Origin: Candidatus Latescibacterota bacterium
GTDB lineage: Bacteria > Latescibacterota > UBA2968 > SICM01
DNA length: 64,000 bases
Direction of reading: 5' to 3'
NCBI GenBank assembly: GCA_965217865.1
Contig: CBDCJO010000002.1
Span: 1,440,001 to 1,504,000, forward strand
Part shown: positions 10,755-20,119 of the stretch, in pieces
How the letters are laid out: each line of letters opens with the position of its first letter
How positions within the stretch are numbered: position 1 is the stretch's first letter
The notes under the pieces: model-generated
What the model was told of the DNA's origin: nothing
Databases searched by the model: none
The model's input: the letters and a program-made list of their open reading frames with translations, nothing else
Program-made: the position numbers and the translations under genes

Positions 10755-10790
10755 TACCAGACACCTCCCGCTTTCTCTCCATCAACCAGA

Positions 10791-11303
10791 TTATCTTGCT
10801 ACCTCCATCGCTTTGAGTTTGGGGCGCAGAAAGGTGTGAGCCGTCCGGTACTGCCGGGACGTGTTGAGCGCAATTAACTGACAAACAGGATGTTTGCCAG
10901 TCCACTCAAACACACCCGGGGTGCATAATTCGCGATCACTCAACTCGCCAATGAGGCGCAGCACGTCTTGATAGGCTTTATCGAGGCGTTGTTTGACACT
11001 GCGGTACGACTCTCGCCGGGCGCGCCGAGCAGTAGCGGCATTTAGTTTCGGAGTTTCGTTCCACTTGAAGCCCGGAGCAGGCAGATCCAACTCCCCGCCA
11101 TCCCGTGCGGTGCGGACCCAGCCGATGACGGCTTCGCTCCACCAACAGCGCACGGCAAGCAATTCTTTAACAGTCCAGTCGTCGACACAGACAACGCTTC
11201 CAAGTCGCGGGCCGCCGCGGACGAGTTCCGACTGTAACTCGGCGTATGTAGACGTCACGGCGTCAATGAGTTGCTTGCGTGTGCGAGGAACGGTAGATGC
11301 CAT
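10791..11303 (-). CDS. ClbS/DfsB (DUF1706, DinB-like) four-helix-bundle protein
   Basis: PRTRKQL, WTVKELLA, LPAPGFKWNE, F.WTG, NTSRQY motifs; RBS AGGAG. Confidence 0.75.
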   Translation of the reverse strand: MASTVPRTRKQLIDAVTSTYAELQSELVRGGPRLGSVVCVDDWTVKELLAVRCWWSEAVIGWVRTARDGGELDLPAPGFKWNETPKLNAATARRARRESYRSVKQRLDKAYQDVLRLIGELSDRELCTPGVFEWTGKHPVCQLIALNTSRQYRTAHTFLRPKLKAMEVAR

Positions 11304-11325
11304 GCCCGATTCTCCTGAAGTGAAC

Positions 11326-12152
11326 TTAATTTTCCACAAGGGAATAATGGAAAAGTGAGTAATCCAATACCCGGCTCAATTCTAGGCTCTCTGCCAGCGC
11401 CCGAGATGCCACGTTCTCTTCCATACATCCCCAGTGTGGCTCCAGTCCGCTCTCTATGCAGTGCGTGAGAAACGCGTGTGCAACGTGAAAGCCTATACCA
11501 CACCTTCGATACGGCTTCAGTGTCTCGATGTCGATCACGTGGACTCCGTCCGTGGTGAACCCCGTTAGGCAGATGGAAGCCAGAGCTGAATCCTGCGCCG
11601 CACAGAACCCTATACCAGCGCCCAGAAACGAATCTAGATTTGCCCAGAAATGGTGGATCTTTTCCTGGATGTAAGAGATACCTTCGCAGGGCGTGTTGGA
11701 GAAGAAAGTTCGGTCCAGTGAGTGGAGCGCCACGTCGACAGGAAGGGCCGGCGCACGCGGAACTGAGGGCTTCTTGAATCGGTAAATCAAGCCTGTCTCT
11801 CTTCCAAGCCCTCGGCCACAAAGGGCATGCTCTATGATGCATCCCATTCGGGTGTACAGCCTGATACTTCGAACGAATCCCGACCCATTGCTCGAGCTCG
11901 TGGGGCGATCACTTCGCGTACGGCACGATCCAACCACTCGACAAATTTACCCTGGTTCGGGGATCCTGCCAGATAATATCCTTCGGCACCTTTCGACCAG
12001 ATCAGGGCCATCTGAGGAGCCTCGTAGGAGTCCACGAATATCCATCCAGGGGAGGTACCGGCCGCTATTGACTTGGCCTCCACACCTAAGAGTGGATGCA
12101 CGAGGAGAGGGATGACTCGTGAGAAATCTTCCGAAGAGAGTTCAATCACCAT
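11326..12152 (-). pseudogene. GNAT-family acetyltransferase, frameshift near 11840
   Basis: N-part ends EVSGCTPEWDA and continues IIEHAL in another frame; C-part has IDIETLKPYRRCGIG and W.CMEENVASRALAESL. Confidence 0.75.
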
Positions 12153-12177
12153 CCGGCTTAGGTAAGTGTGGCATTTT

Positions 12178-12302
12178 AGATAACGCTCGGGGGTTGCAGA
12201 AGTGATCGTGAATAACTAAAAGATATGGAATTGGTGGAATTGGGAAAAGAAAAACCCACGGGATGGTTGGTTCCGGTGGGGGACTGCAACCCGGTGTTAA
12301 GC
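12178..12302 (-). repeat. Degenerate attC-like inverted repeat
   Basis: Minus strand GCTTAAC-acc-GGGTTGCAG ... CTGCAACCC-ccgagc-GTTATCT, 26 bp before the GNAT start. Spacers are non-canonical and no extrahelical base is evident. Confidence 0.45.
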
Positions 12303-12445
12303 GCCGTGCCGGTCCCAAAAGGGAAGACCAGACGTGGCGACAAACATAAACGGCTCCCGTAACAATAATATTACCCCAGGAGGAAACAAAGGGCAAATAC
12401 TGTTTCAGGAGCCGTCTGTAGCCAGGTGTTGAAACAGGTGGATGG

Positions 12446-12706
12446 CTAGTTCTTGGGGATCTCACTCATTAGCGCTAGAACGTTTTTGTCAACAGCCCTG
12501 AAAAAAGCCATCCAAAGCTCGTGGTCGGACATATCTGCGATCTTGTGGGGTTCGGAATCAAAGGGGACACCCCGATCTTTGAGAATCCTATATGCACCTT
12601 CGATGTCCTCCACCTTGAAGTAAATGGTGGAGCTTGGATGGTCGAGCTCAGGGGTCTCCGGCAATGAGAGCAAAATCCTGATGCCACCGCAGTCAAAGAA
12701 GGCCAT
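12446..12706 (-). pseudogene. 5'-truncated VOC-family gene
   Basis: Begins at AFFDCGGIRILL, which is mid-protein in this family; has IYFKVEDIE and WMAFF..D.N.LALM. Confidence 0.65.
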
Positions 12707-12895
12707 GTGGTTTACCCTGCCTCCCAGTAGTGAAGGGTGCTTTTTTTGTGATGAACATGGTTGGATGGTCCAAAGGGATAGGTATTCATGGGATTGCTTT
12801 TTAAGCCAGCTTTTTAAGGTGTCATTCGTGGTCCTTCAGGCAGAAGTCATTTACAGGTCATTCGACAATCAAACCGGCTATGTGCTTTTTGTTGT

Positions 12896-12989
12896 CCTCA
12901 CAATTTCCGCCAGCCCGAAGGGTTGTGGTTCCAGGCCAAGTGGCGTATGCCAGCGCAGCGGGAATTGTTGTGGTTATGTATAGTTGTAC
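12896..12989 (-). repeat. Truncated attC-like stem-loop
   Basis: Minus strand GTACAAC-tatac-ATAACCACAACAATTCCCGC ... GCGGAAATTGTGAGG; arms pair imperfectly and the right end with GTT is missing. Confidence 0.4.
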
Positions 12990-13080
12990 ACCAACCTATC
13001 GGAGAGATCGAGTACCCTGGCTCCAAGACGCCTTGTTCTACAGCGTTAGCATGCTGTGACGTGTTTCCACAAGTCTTTAG

Positions 13081-13536
13081 CTAAGAGATTTGACTCGCCA
13101 AAGGGTGACTTTCAAGACTCTCTTTCATCTCCTGATTCACGGCATAGGAGGGCATCTCAAGTTTGATTTGCCTTCTCTCCGAGTCTTTGAGGGAGATTAC
13201 CACAGCATTTGGCTGTAGATCGATTGACGAGATCTCCTTCCATTCCGTTAATCGGGTTCTCTGGAGAGGACCTGGCTTGATCTCAATACCTTTATCGTCG
13301 ATCGTGACGCGGGGCCTTCTACTTGGAGAAGCGAGAGCTGTCACGGCTAGGACCAAAACAAAAGCCGTCAAAGCGGCAAGGATCAATATTACTATAGAAA
13401 AAGTCTTATGTTCAGGCACGGAAAGCCCCTTCACGCCCTGTAACACAATTAGAGTTAGGTATGCCATGTGGAAGAACCAGAACAACTTGCTTCTCCTAAA
13501 GTCGCTCTTGTCTAGAAAGATGGTCTTGGCCTCCAT
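13081..13536 (-). CDS. Hypothetical membrane protein (2 TM + PH-like C-terminal domain)
   Basis: Two hydrophobic segments, then P.VTIDDKGI...W.EISSI; RBS GGAGG before ATG 13536. Confidence 0.65.
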   Translation of the reverse strand: MEAKTIFLDKSDFRRSKLFWFFHMAYLTLIVLQGVKGLSVPEHKTFSIVILILAALTAFVLVLAVTALASPSRRPRVTIDDKGIEIKPGPLQRTRLTEWKEISSIDLQPNAVVISLKDSERRQIKLEMPSYAVNQEMKESLESHPLASQIS

Positions 13537-13626
13537 CTCTGCCTCCAGATTTGGATTTTTACACCGCATGCCAATGCCGTAAACGGCTTGCAGCGAATGT
13601 GCGAATGCACATAGATGAGCACCACA

Positions 13627-14836
13627 TCAACTCTGCGGGTTTACCTCTGACAGATATGCAATCAGTTCTGCTCGCTCGGGCGAATCAGGATATATCTCAA
13701 CCCCCACCTTTGCCCACACCAACGGGGTTGTGCCATGCTCATCGTCCGTTGCTTCCGTATCGGCGCCCGCTTCCACGAGTATTCTCGCAATCTCAGGATC
13801 TGAACACAGGTGGAGCGGTGTCTGGCCGGCGCTCGCTCTCGCGTTGACGTCTGCCCCGCGTACGATCAGCATTTCAATCACATCGGCTTCACTGCGATGG
13901 ACAGCAGCGTGGAGCGGTGTGCCCTCGTCAGCGTGAACGCCAATCTTACCTATGAAGTGAACGGTTTCTGGGTCGTCGTCGATGTGATGTGACAGTTCGT
14001 CCAACCTGCCCAACGCTGCAAGTATACAGGGATCGACGGCCGCGCCTTGCTCTAGCATGTATTCCGCTACCGCACGACAAAGGTCACCCCGTCCTATCAT
14101 CGCACCCAGCGGATTGTTACCCATGCCGTCAACTGTGTCGAGTTCTGCTCCATGGTCAATGAGAAGCTTCGCGACGTCTATCGACGTGGCAAAGTGAAGA
14201 GGGGTTCCATCACCGAGGCCCGAACGTGTCGAGGCCTCCGGATCATCCGCCAGGATCGTCGCAACGGCCGAGGCATCTCCCATCAAACAGGCCGCAAAGA
14301 TGTCGACCACTCCTCCGTTATCGCGAAGCAAGTCAGCGACCTCTGTGTGGCCCCAGTGTGCCGCGAGATGAAGCGCAGTCCAGCCCCCGTAGGTATCGAC
14401 ACCGCTATCGGGATCCGCGCCACCCTCCAGCAGTATCCGGACGATTTCCGTTTCGCCTCGCTCGGCAGCAAGTTGAAGCGGTACGGGTCTACCGAAGTGG
14501 AAAAGTGGATGTGACCCACTGTCGTTGACGACATCCGCCTCTTCGGTCAAGGCTTCTTTGACGGATTTCAGATTGCGACCCCAGATCGCAGACCTCAGCT
14601 GCAGTCCAGCGGCTTCCCTTCGGAGCTTAAGGCCAGCTGTCATACCCATAGCTGCGCGACAGCACGAGCTGGGCGTCGGTCAGCTTAGCCTCGTCCCTGC
14701 TGACCGACCGGGGATGGCTCTGGAACTCCTCCTGGGCATCCGGATCACCCGCGCGATACGCCAGGAGAAGGTCTTTGGCTTGTTTCTTGAGCTGACCGAG
14801 GTGGGGACGGCTGGGTAGGATACGATGTGCGGACAT
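13627..14836 (-). pseudogene. Ankyrin-repeat protein with N-terminal LKKQAK helical module; +1 frameshift at ~14628
   Basis: TGG CCT T AAG CTC: removing one T joins ...YGYDSWP to KLRREAAG. Many ankyrin repeats (TALHLAA, GTPLH, GADVNA). Confidence 0.8.
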
Positions 14837-14970
14837 CGCGAACTCCTTTCCATAAGTTACCCGACATCCGCATCTCCGGGTGAGAAAGAGGCTCGCAGAG
14901 TATTTTGGATTTGCGTTGGAACGAGTGGGCTCAAGCCCTTTCCGCGGACTGGATGCGCCTCGAGGCGCTT
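14837..14970 (-). ncRNA. Candidate structured cis-regulatory 5' leader RNA
   Basis: About 134 nt between promoter and ATG, with stems GCGCC/GGCGC, CGCGGA/UCUGCG enclosing GGGC-UUGA-GCCC, and ACCCG/CGGGU; possible pseudoknot and anti-SD pairing. No Rfam family recognised. Confidence 0.5.
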
Positions 14971-14974
14971 CAAA

Positions 14975-15003
14975 AAGATAGCATCGGCTTGACCACTTGT
15001 CAA
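14975..15003 (-). promoter_or_regulatory. Sigma70-type promoter of the ankyrin gene and leader
   Basis: TTGACA-17 bp-TATCTT. Confidence 0.7.
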
Positions 15004-15266
15004 GTACAGACGAAGGAACAACCGCGGAGTGTGATTCGAAATGTCAACCTGGAGACCGAAGGGCCTCCGGAGTAAAAAGAATGGCGAGAAAACTAATTAT
15101 TACAATAGGTTATCAACATCTTGTATTTATTAACCAACCGTTCCGATAGACCTAAAGGTTTCGGAACTCCCCGACCTGGGAGTGGGGGTGCAGTATTACC
15201 GCAGATGGCATCTGATTGGTTAACTAGCTGATATTCTGTAGTTTATTGATGCCCATCAAATATCCG

Positions 15267-15324
15267 TTGACATTATACGGTTGCTAAAGTATATTAAAAT
15301 ATACTAAAATAGGTTAAACTATAT
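15267..15324 (+). promoter_or_regulatory. Sigma70 promoter overlapped by four 10-bp direct repeats (putative operator)
   Basis: TTGACA (15267)-17 bp-TATATT (15290); repeats TAAAGTATAT, TAAAATATAC, TAAAATAGGT, TAAACTATAT at 15285-15324. Confidence 0.7.
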
Positions 15325-15352
15325 TTAAGAACGTGTAACAGGAGTGTCTGCG

Positions 15353-15970
15353 ATGACGCAAGTAGACTACCGCGACCCTGAATGGGCTGCCCAGAAACTA
15401 GGTTTAGAAAAAAACACCATCTACAGATGGCTTCGTGATGGTACGTTGCCGGGACTCCTTATCGGCCGTAGATGGTTGATTTCAGAATCCCAACTTAAAC
15501 AGTTCCTGGAAGAGGAAACCCAACACCAAACCCAACTTCGAAGAATCATAGCATCTAAGAAACCCTCTGGGCAAAAGATCATGGACCTTGCTATCGAAGC
15601 AGCCCGGACGTACCGTCATGACTGGATAGGGCAGGAACACCTCCTGATTGGTTTATCCCAATTGGGAGATGGCATTACGGCAACTCTTGCTGGATGTGGT
15701 GCTGGTGAAGAGAAACTTCGGAACGCGTTAGAATCGGTACTTGACCCCGGTGAGACCCCCACAAGGTCTAAGCCGCGTATGACACCGAGGGCCCGGAGAG
15801 TAGTGGACATGGCTGAGAAACAGGCTAAGAAGCGTGGTGAAAAAAACTATTCGTCTGAGGATCTGGTGCGGGCTATGTTTACCCTCGGCGAAGGAATGGG
15901 ATTTGACCTCCTTCGAACACTTGGCGTAGACGAACAACGTTTCGCTGACACCGCTCAAACGCCTCAGTGA
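15353..15970 (+). CDS. HTH_17 (excisionase/BldC-like) DNA-binding domain fused to a Clp N-terminal repeat domain
   Basis: AAQKLGLEKNTIYRWLRDGTLPG..IGRRWLI, then EAARTYRHDWIGQEHLLIGL and TPRARRVV.MA..QA (two ClpN repeats); RBS AGGAG. Confidence 0.85.
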   Translation: MTQVDYRDPEWAAQKLGLEKNTIYRWLRDGTLPGLLIGRRWLISESQLKQFLEEETQHQTQLRRIIASKKPSGQKIMDLAIEAARTYRHDWIGQEHLLIGLSQLGDGITATLAGCGAGEEKLRNALESVLDPGETPTRSKPRMTPRARRVVDMAEKQAKKRGEKNYSSEDLVRAMFTLGEGMGFDLLRTLGVDEQRFADTAQTPQ

Positions 15971-16010
15971 ATCTCGGTTCTGGATGGGATCCATTCTTCT
16001 TTACTGTGAA

Positions 16011-16829
16011 TTATCCGGCCTCGCCGGGAGACATACCTAAGAGTCTTGAAAAAGCCTCCTCTGCCTTCGTCTTAAGATTCGTCCCCTTCGAATCCACTCC
16101 GAACCCGAGAACCTCTGCGCGCTCCCAAGGCCCTCCGATTGGCTCCAAAACAAGGTCTGTCAATTTCTCTGATAAGCTGAGCTTCAGTTTTAGGCTCGTT
16201 GTTTCGAAAAACGCCTCAATTTTTGCGGCTATGTCGGGTTCCTTCCGTCTGATCCAATCCAATGCAACCTTCTCTCCAGGGAATTTCTTATACCTCACTT
16301 TGTAATAGATGTGCAGCAACCAGGTGATATTTATGGACAGCAACATGTTGCAGAAAACCGGGTCAGCTTCTATTCTCCCTTTAACCTTCTCAAGTACGTG
16401 TTGCTGGTAGAATCGAGTCAGGACGACCTCGGACTCGGGTAGAGGGTTTATAGGTTCAGTCCACCTGTCTGCAGCAGCACCCACCAATTCCTGCAATGTA
16501 CCGGTCCGATCGAATAGAATTTCCCCATCAGCCAATCCTGGATCGATGTAAGAGAGTGGCTTTTCCTGTTCGAGATCGTGTAGCGTGCGGAGACCAAGAT
16601 CCACAGGCGTTTGGCCCCAATAGAAGTGGATGCTTTCCAGATCCGGATCTCTCATCTGCACGATAACAAATAGGTCAAAGTCACCACCCTTCGAATTGTC
16701 TTGGATAGTGCGACTCCCATATCGGACTATTCCAAGGACCTCTGGGCTGGCCTTGAGACGCTCGATCAGATCTGAGATGCGGAAATCCACTGAGGCGTTT
16801 ACTCCTCTTATCTTAGTTTGCTCCCTCAA
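16011..16829 (-). CDS. Nucleotidyltransferase-domain protein (Pol-beta-like)
   Basis: YGS.......GDFDLFVIV motif, GEILFDRTG; start codon uncertain. Confidence 0.75.
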   Translation of the reverse strand: MREQTKIRGVNASVDFRISDLIERLKASPEVLGIVRYGSRTIQDNSKGGDFDLFVIVQMRDPDLESIHFYWGQTPVDLGLRTLHDLEQEKPLSYIDPGLADGEILFDRTGTLQELVGAAADRWTEPINPLPESEVVLTRFYQQHVLEKVKGRIEADPVFCNMLLSINITWLLHIYYKVRYKKFPGEKVALDWIRRKEPDIAAKIEAFFETTSLKLKLSLSEKLTDLVLEPIGGPWERAEVLGFGVDSKGTNLKTKAEEAFSRLLGMSPGEAG

Positions 16830-16869
16830 GCAGAGGGTTGGCGCCCAACATTTTGAACCTGCAAAGGGG

Positions 16870-17871
16870 TCATGAACTTGGAGAAATATACGCCCAAGTT
16901 GCCCTCCAAGGCGGAAAAAGCACCTCCCAAAAGATCTTCATATTCCTCATCTCAGGTATCTGGATTGAGTGTCGAACGGCTCCTGCATATCTGAGAAGCT
17001 CATTATCTGGATACGCAACTATTCTGTCGTCCCTTGGTTTGGGTTCTTCAGGTTCGTACCCCAGTTGTTTGAGATGTTCCAGGTAGATGGCCTCGATCTG
17101 AGATTCTATTTCAATTCTCTCCTTCAACTTCTGAAACCCTTCTTCAATCAGAGCATGTGCTTGTGGGGCTATTACAGGAAGTTTTAGAAACTCCTGATAA
17201 AGCCACTTATGATACGGTGCGTAACGATGAATTAGAAGGAACCCAACTTTCATAGCATAAGTTGAGAACCTACTCCAATACATACTTGCTGATATCAAGT
17301 CCCCTCGACGCTCGGCCCTGTGCAAATGCTTTCGACCCCATTCCCACATCCATGCCAGGCACGCGCTCAGTCGTTTTCTCCAGACATCTTCTGGATATTG
17401 AATGAATGATTCAAACCTACTGGTGACTTCACCCTCAGCATCATGAAAGATCCTCCGTGGAGTAACCTCAAACAAAGACTCTTCTGGCATATGTAACCAA
17501 TCAATAGGGGCCTCAGGAGGTGTTTCACACCCAACAGTTGATTTGATGTAAGTGCCGACCTCGACTACTCCGCAGGTCCTCGGTCGCGAGTCTCTCCAGC
17601 GATATCCCAGGTATTCTTGAGGAAGCGCGTCTAAGATCGCTTGAAGGGGTTCTGCGAATTGATCATAGTCTTCCTGAGCCAACCATACGGTAAACCCAGG
17701 CCCCCAGCCATGATCTCGGGATATCTCATCATCGTTTCCGTGACTTTGAGAGCCTCCAGACAATCCTACGGCCAAACGAGGAACACACTCAGACAAACTC
17801 TGCTCGATCGCAGGGAGTCCAATTTCCTCGAAAAATTTCTGGCAAAGTTCAAAACCTTTCACTCGTATCAC
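16870..17871 (-). CDS. DUF4037-domain protein
   Basis: KGFELCQKFF, GS...G.DDEISRDHGWGPG, YPEDVW.KR, YAPYHKWL. Confidence 0.8.
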   Translation of the reverse strand: MIRVKGFELCQKFFEEIGLPAIEQSLSECVPRLAVGLSGGSQSHGNDDEISRDHGWGPGFTVWLAQEDYDQFAEPLQAILDALPQEYLGYRWRDSRPRTCGVVEVGTYIKSTVGCETPPEAPIDWLHMPEESLFEVTPRRIFHDAEGEVTSRFESFIQYPEDVWRKRLSACLAWMWEWGRKHLHRAERRGDLISASMYWSRFSTYAMKVGFLLIHRYAPYHKWLYQEFLKLPVIAPQAHALIEEGFQKLKERIEIESQIEAIYLEHLKQLGYEPEEPKPRDDRIVAYPDNELLRYAGAVRHSIQIPEMRNMKIFWEVLFPPWRATWAYISPSS

Positions 17872-17894
17872 TCCTTATAAGTTGATAATTCATA

Positions 17895-18371
17895 TTAAGT
17901 CCTTTTACTTGATGACCAGTCGAAAGATTTCTCGGGAACCCCTTCGGGTCCTGGGGGCGAATCTTCAAAAGGTATGAATCCCATCTTCTCGTAGAATCTG
18001 CGTGCAGGGAGCCCTTCTGAATTATCTTCTCCGAAAGTCCTGACAAGAATATATGCAGGTGGCTCAACGAGTCCGACTACATGCTCTACCAGCAACGTTC
18101 CGACTCCCTTCCGACGCCATCTTTTTGCAATGGAAAGCCAGCCTATCTGATACACTGGGGGCTTGGCAGAGAAGAATAACCCTCCCATCAGACGAGTCCC
18201 GGGCAACCTGTCCTGCTCCCGGACACAGTATGCACTGGCTCGATCAATATTCTTACGAAGGGCAGCGTGAAAGTTCGGATTATTCACCATTGGTCCGAAG
18301 AGAAACTCAACCTCCTCTGCCAGATTAAGCCAGTTGGAAATATCATCAGTAGTGGCAACCTGCACGAGCAT
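17895..18371 (-). CDS. GNAT-family acetyltransferase (possible frameshift in the last ~10 codons)
   Basis: WRRKGVGT.L, ARRFYEKMGF. One extra G at ~17940 would give a GGSREIFRLVIK* ending. Confidence 0.8.
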   Translation of the reverse strand: MLVQVATTDDISNWLNLAEEVEFLFGPMVNNPNFHAALRKNIDRASAYCVREQDRLPGTRLMGGLFFSAKPPVYQIGWLSIAKRWRRKGVGTLLVEHVVGLVEPPAYILVRTFGEDNSEGLPARRFYEKMGFIPFEDSPPGPEGVPEKSFDWSSSKRT

Positions 18372-18469
18372 TGTGCGCCTTCTACATGATTTTCCCTGCC
18401 AGTATCTTCTAACGAGGCCGGCATCCAGTCGCTTTGAATCTTTCCGTGCCTGCCCTCAAGGATCAGTCG

Positions 18470-19030
18470 CTAAAGCGCCTTGATGTGTTCCAGGATCTTG
18501 TCTCTCAAATTCTCCAATGTGGTCCACCCATCCAAGATGAGATCGCTGGTATCTTTATGCTTAATTGCATCCAGATATGGGTATCTGGCCTTTTCAAGGT
18601 AATGGCCCATTTCTTCTTTCAATTTCTCGGATCTCTCTTCGACTGCAATTTCAGATTCTGTCGTATAGTCCCTGAGTATTCGGCGAGCCATGGCCACATC
18701 CAAAGGGGTATCGATGAAAACCGATAGGTCGATTAGATCACGAAACATCGGGTGATCGCGACCAAAGGGATAGTCGAGGACGATATAATCCGCCTTCCCA
18801 TCGTTAATCTCTTTCCCGACGGCATCGCCCATTCCAGGGCAATCGAATTCTAAAAGATTTGCTCCCCGCTTGCTCCAATCATAGAAATCATCTGGATATA
18901 AGTTGGTGTCATCAAATTCGTCGAAGCAAAATAGCTTAGATTTAGGCAGCGATTCCGCCAGGAGCTTTGCTAAAGCGGTTTTACCACCACCTGATACGGC
19001 GTTGATTGCGATGATGTAAGGCTTTTTCAT
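18470..19030 (-). CDS. P-loop kinase (uridine-kinase-like)
   Basis: Walker A AVSGGGKT; FIDTPLDVAMARRILRD. Confidence 0.8.
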   Translation of the reverse strand: MKKPYIIAINAVSGGGKTALAKLLAESLPKSKLFCFDEFDDTNLYPDDFYDWSKRGANLLEFDCPGMGDAVGKEINDGKADYIVLDYPFGRDHPMFRDLIDLSVFIDTPLDVAMARRILRDYTTESEIAVEERSEKLKEEMGHYLEKARYPYLDAIKHKDTSDLILDGWTTLENLRDKILEHIKAL

Positions 19031-19098
19031 TAAAACATGCTATTAAAGGGAAAGAATTCGCATGTCCAGGTTGTTGGGCATCTAAGCGCTGGTTGGTT

Positions 19099-19932
19099 TT
19101 AACTATAGCATTTAAGCAGGAAAGCAGAAACTGCACCCGAACTTCCTGGCGCTCCCGGCAGGACACAGACGACATTCTCTCCATATTCTCCATCTTGATA
19201 CCCAACCTTGAATCCGTTTTCTTCAATATCTGATCTCAGAGTTTCTGCCGTCAAATGCCTCCGGTTGAGAAGATACCAGGACTCGCCAATCCTGAGCGTA
19301 CCGTCATACTCGGTTGGTTTACCTTCCAATGGCTCGTAGACAAGTCCCGTTTCTCTGTCCAGAAGGCCATCACCTCGGTACCGGTGGAAAGTTGTCCCGT
19401 TCTCAGGATCAGTAACGATATCCTCAGCATGGATTCTATCCTCATTGCGCATGGCCGTACTGATCAGATAATATCCATTCCGTTTCAGCCGTGCTTGAAC
19501 TGCCAAAAATACCTTCCGACGGTCTGCGTCGGTGACGATCCCTTGTAGACAAAAGCTGTCTACGATCAAATCATACTTCCTGCCTTCGTGGGGTAACTCG
19601 CAGATGTCCTGCACCCAATAATGGATATCAAGACCCCGCTCACGCGCAATCTGCTTAGCTAACTCAATAGCCGTGGGAATCAGATCAATCGCGTCGACCT
19701 CGAACCCCCTCTCCGCCAGAAAGCAAGCCCCCGGACCGGTGCCGCAACCGTATTCAAGCACCTTGGGTCTGGAAACGGAGAATTGTAATCGAGGCAGAAT
19801 CCTCTCCAGAAAGCCGCGAGATGAGAACTGCTCGAACCCGTCCGGGGCTCCGTGAATTTCGCCCCACGATCTTTTCCCTTCTGCTTTGATTCTCTCGTAG
19901 CCTGTCAGGTGTTCTGGATAGTAATACTTCAT
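19099..19932 (-). CDS. Class I SAM-dependent methyltransferase
   Basis: VLEYGCGTG, AIDLIPTAI, YDLIVDSFCL. Confidence 0.85.
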   Translation of the reverse strand: MKYYYPEHLTGYERIKAEGKRSWGEIHGAPDGFEQFSSRGFLERILPRLQFSVSRPKVLEYGCGTGPGACFLAERGFEVDAIDLIPTAIELAKQIARERGLDIHYWVQDICELPHEGRKYDLIVDSFCLQGIVTDADRRKVFLAVQARLKRNGYYLISTAMRNEDRIHAEDIVTDPENGTTFHRYRGDGLLDRETGLVYEPLEGKPTEYDGTLRIGESWYLLNRRHLTAETLRSDIEENGFKVGYQDGEYGENVVCVLPGAPGSSGAVSAFLLKCYS

Positions 19933-20119
19933 GGTTCTTTGCGGTTAAAAAACAAATGAAGGCTCAATCGGTGGCAGCAGGGAGAGGGTTTCGGTAGGAT
20001 CTGTGACCAAAGTGCCGTTGGCGGCGTGGAGTGGGCTGGCGGGGATGGATATTGTACGGGACCATTGAGGTGAAAGGCGATGGTTCGAGGACCACCTAGA
20101 ATTTTATGGGACGTCTTCT

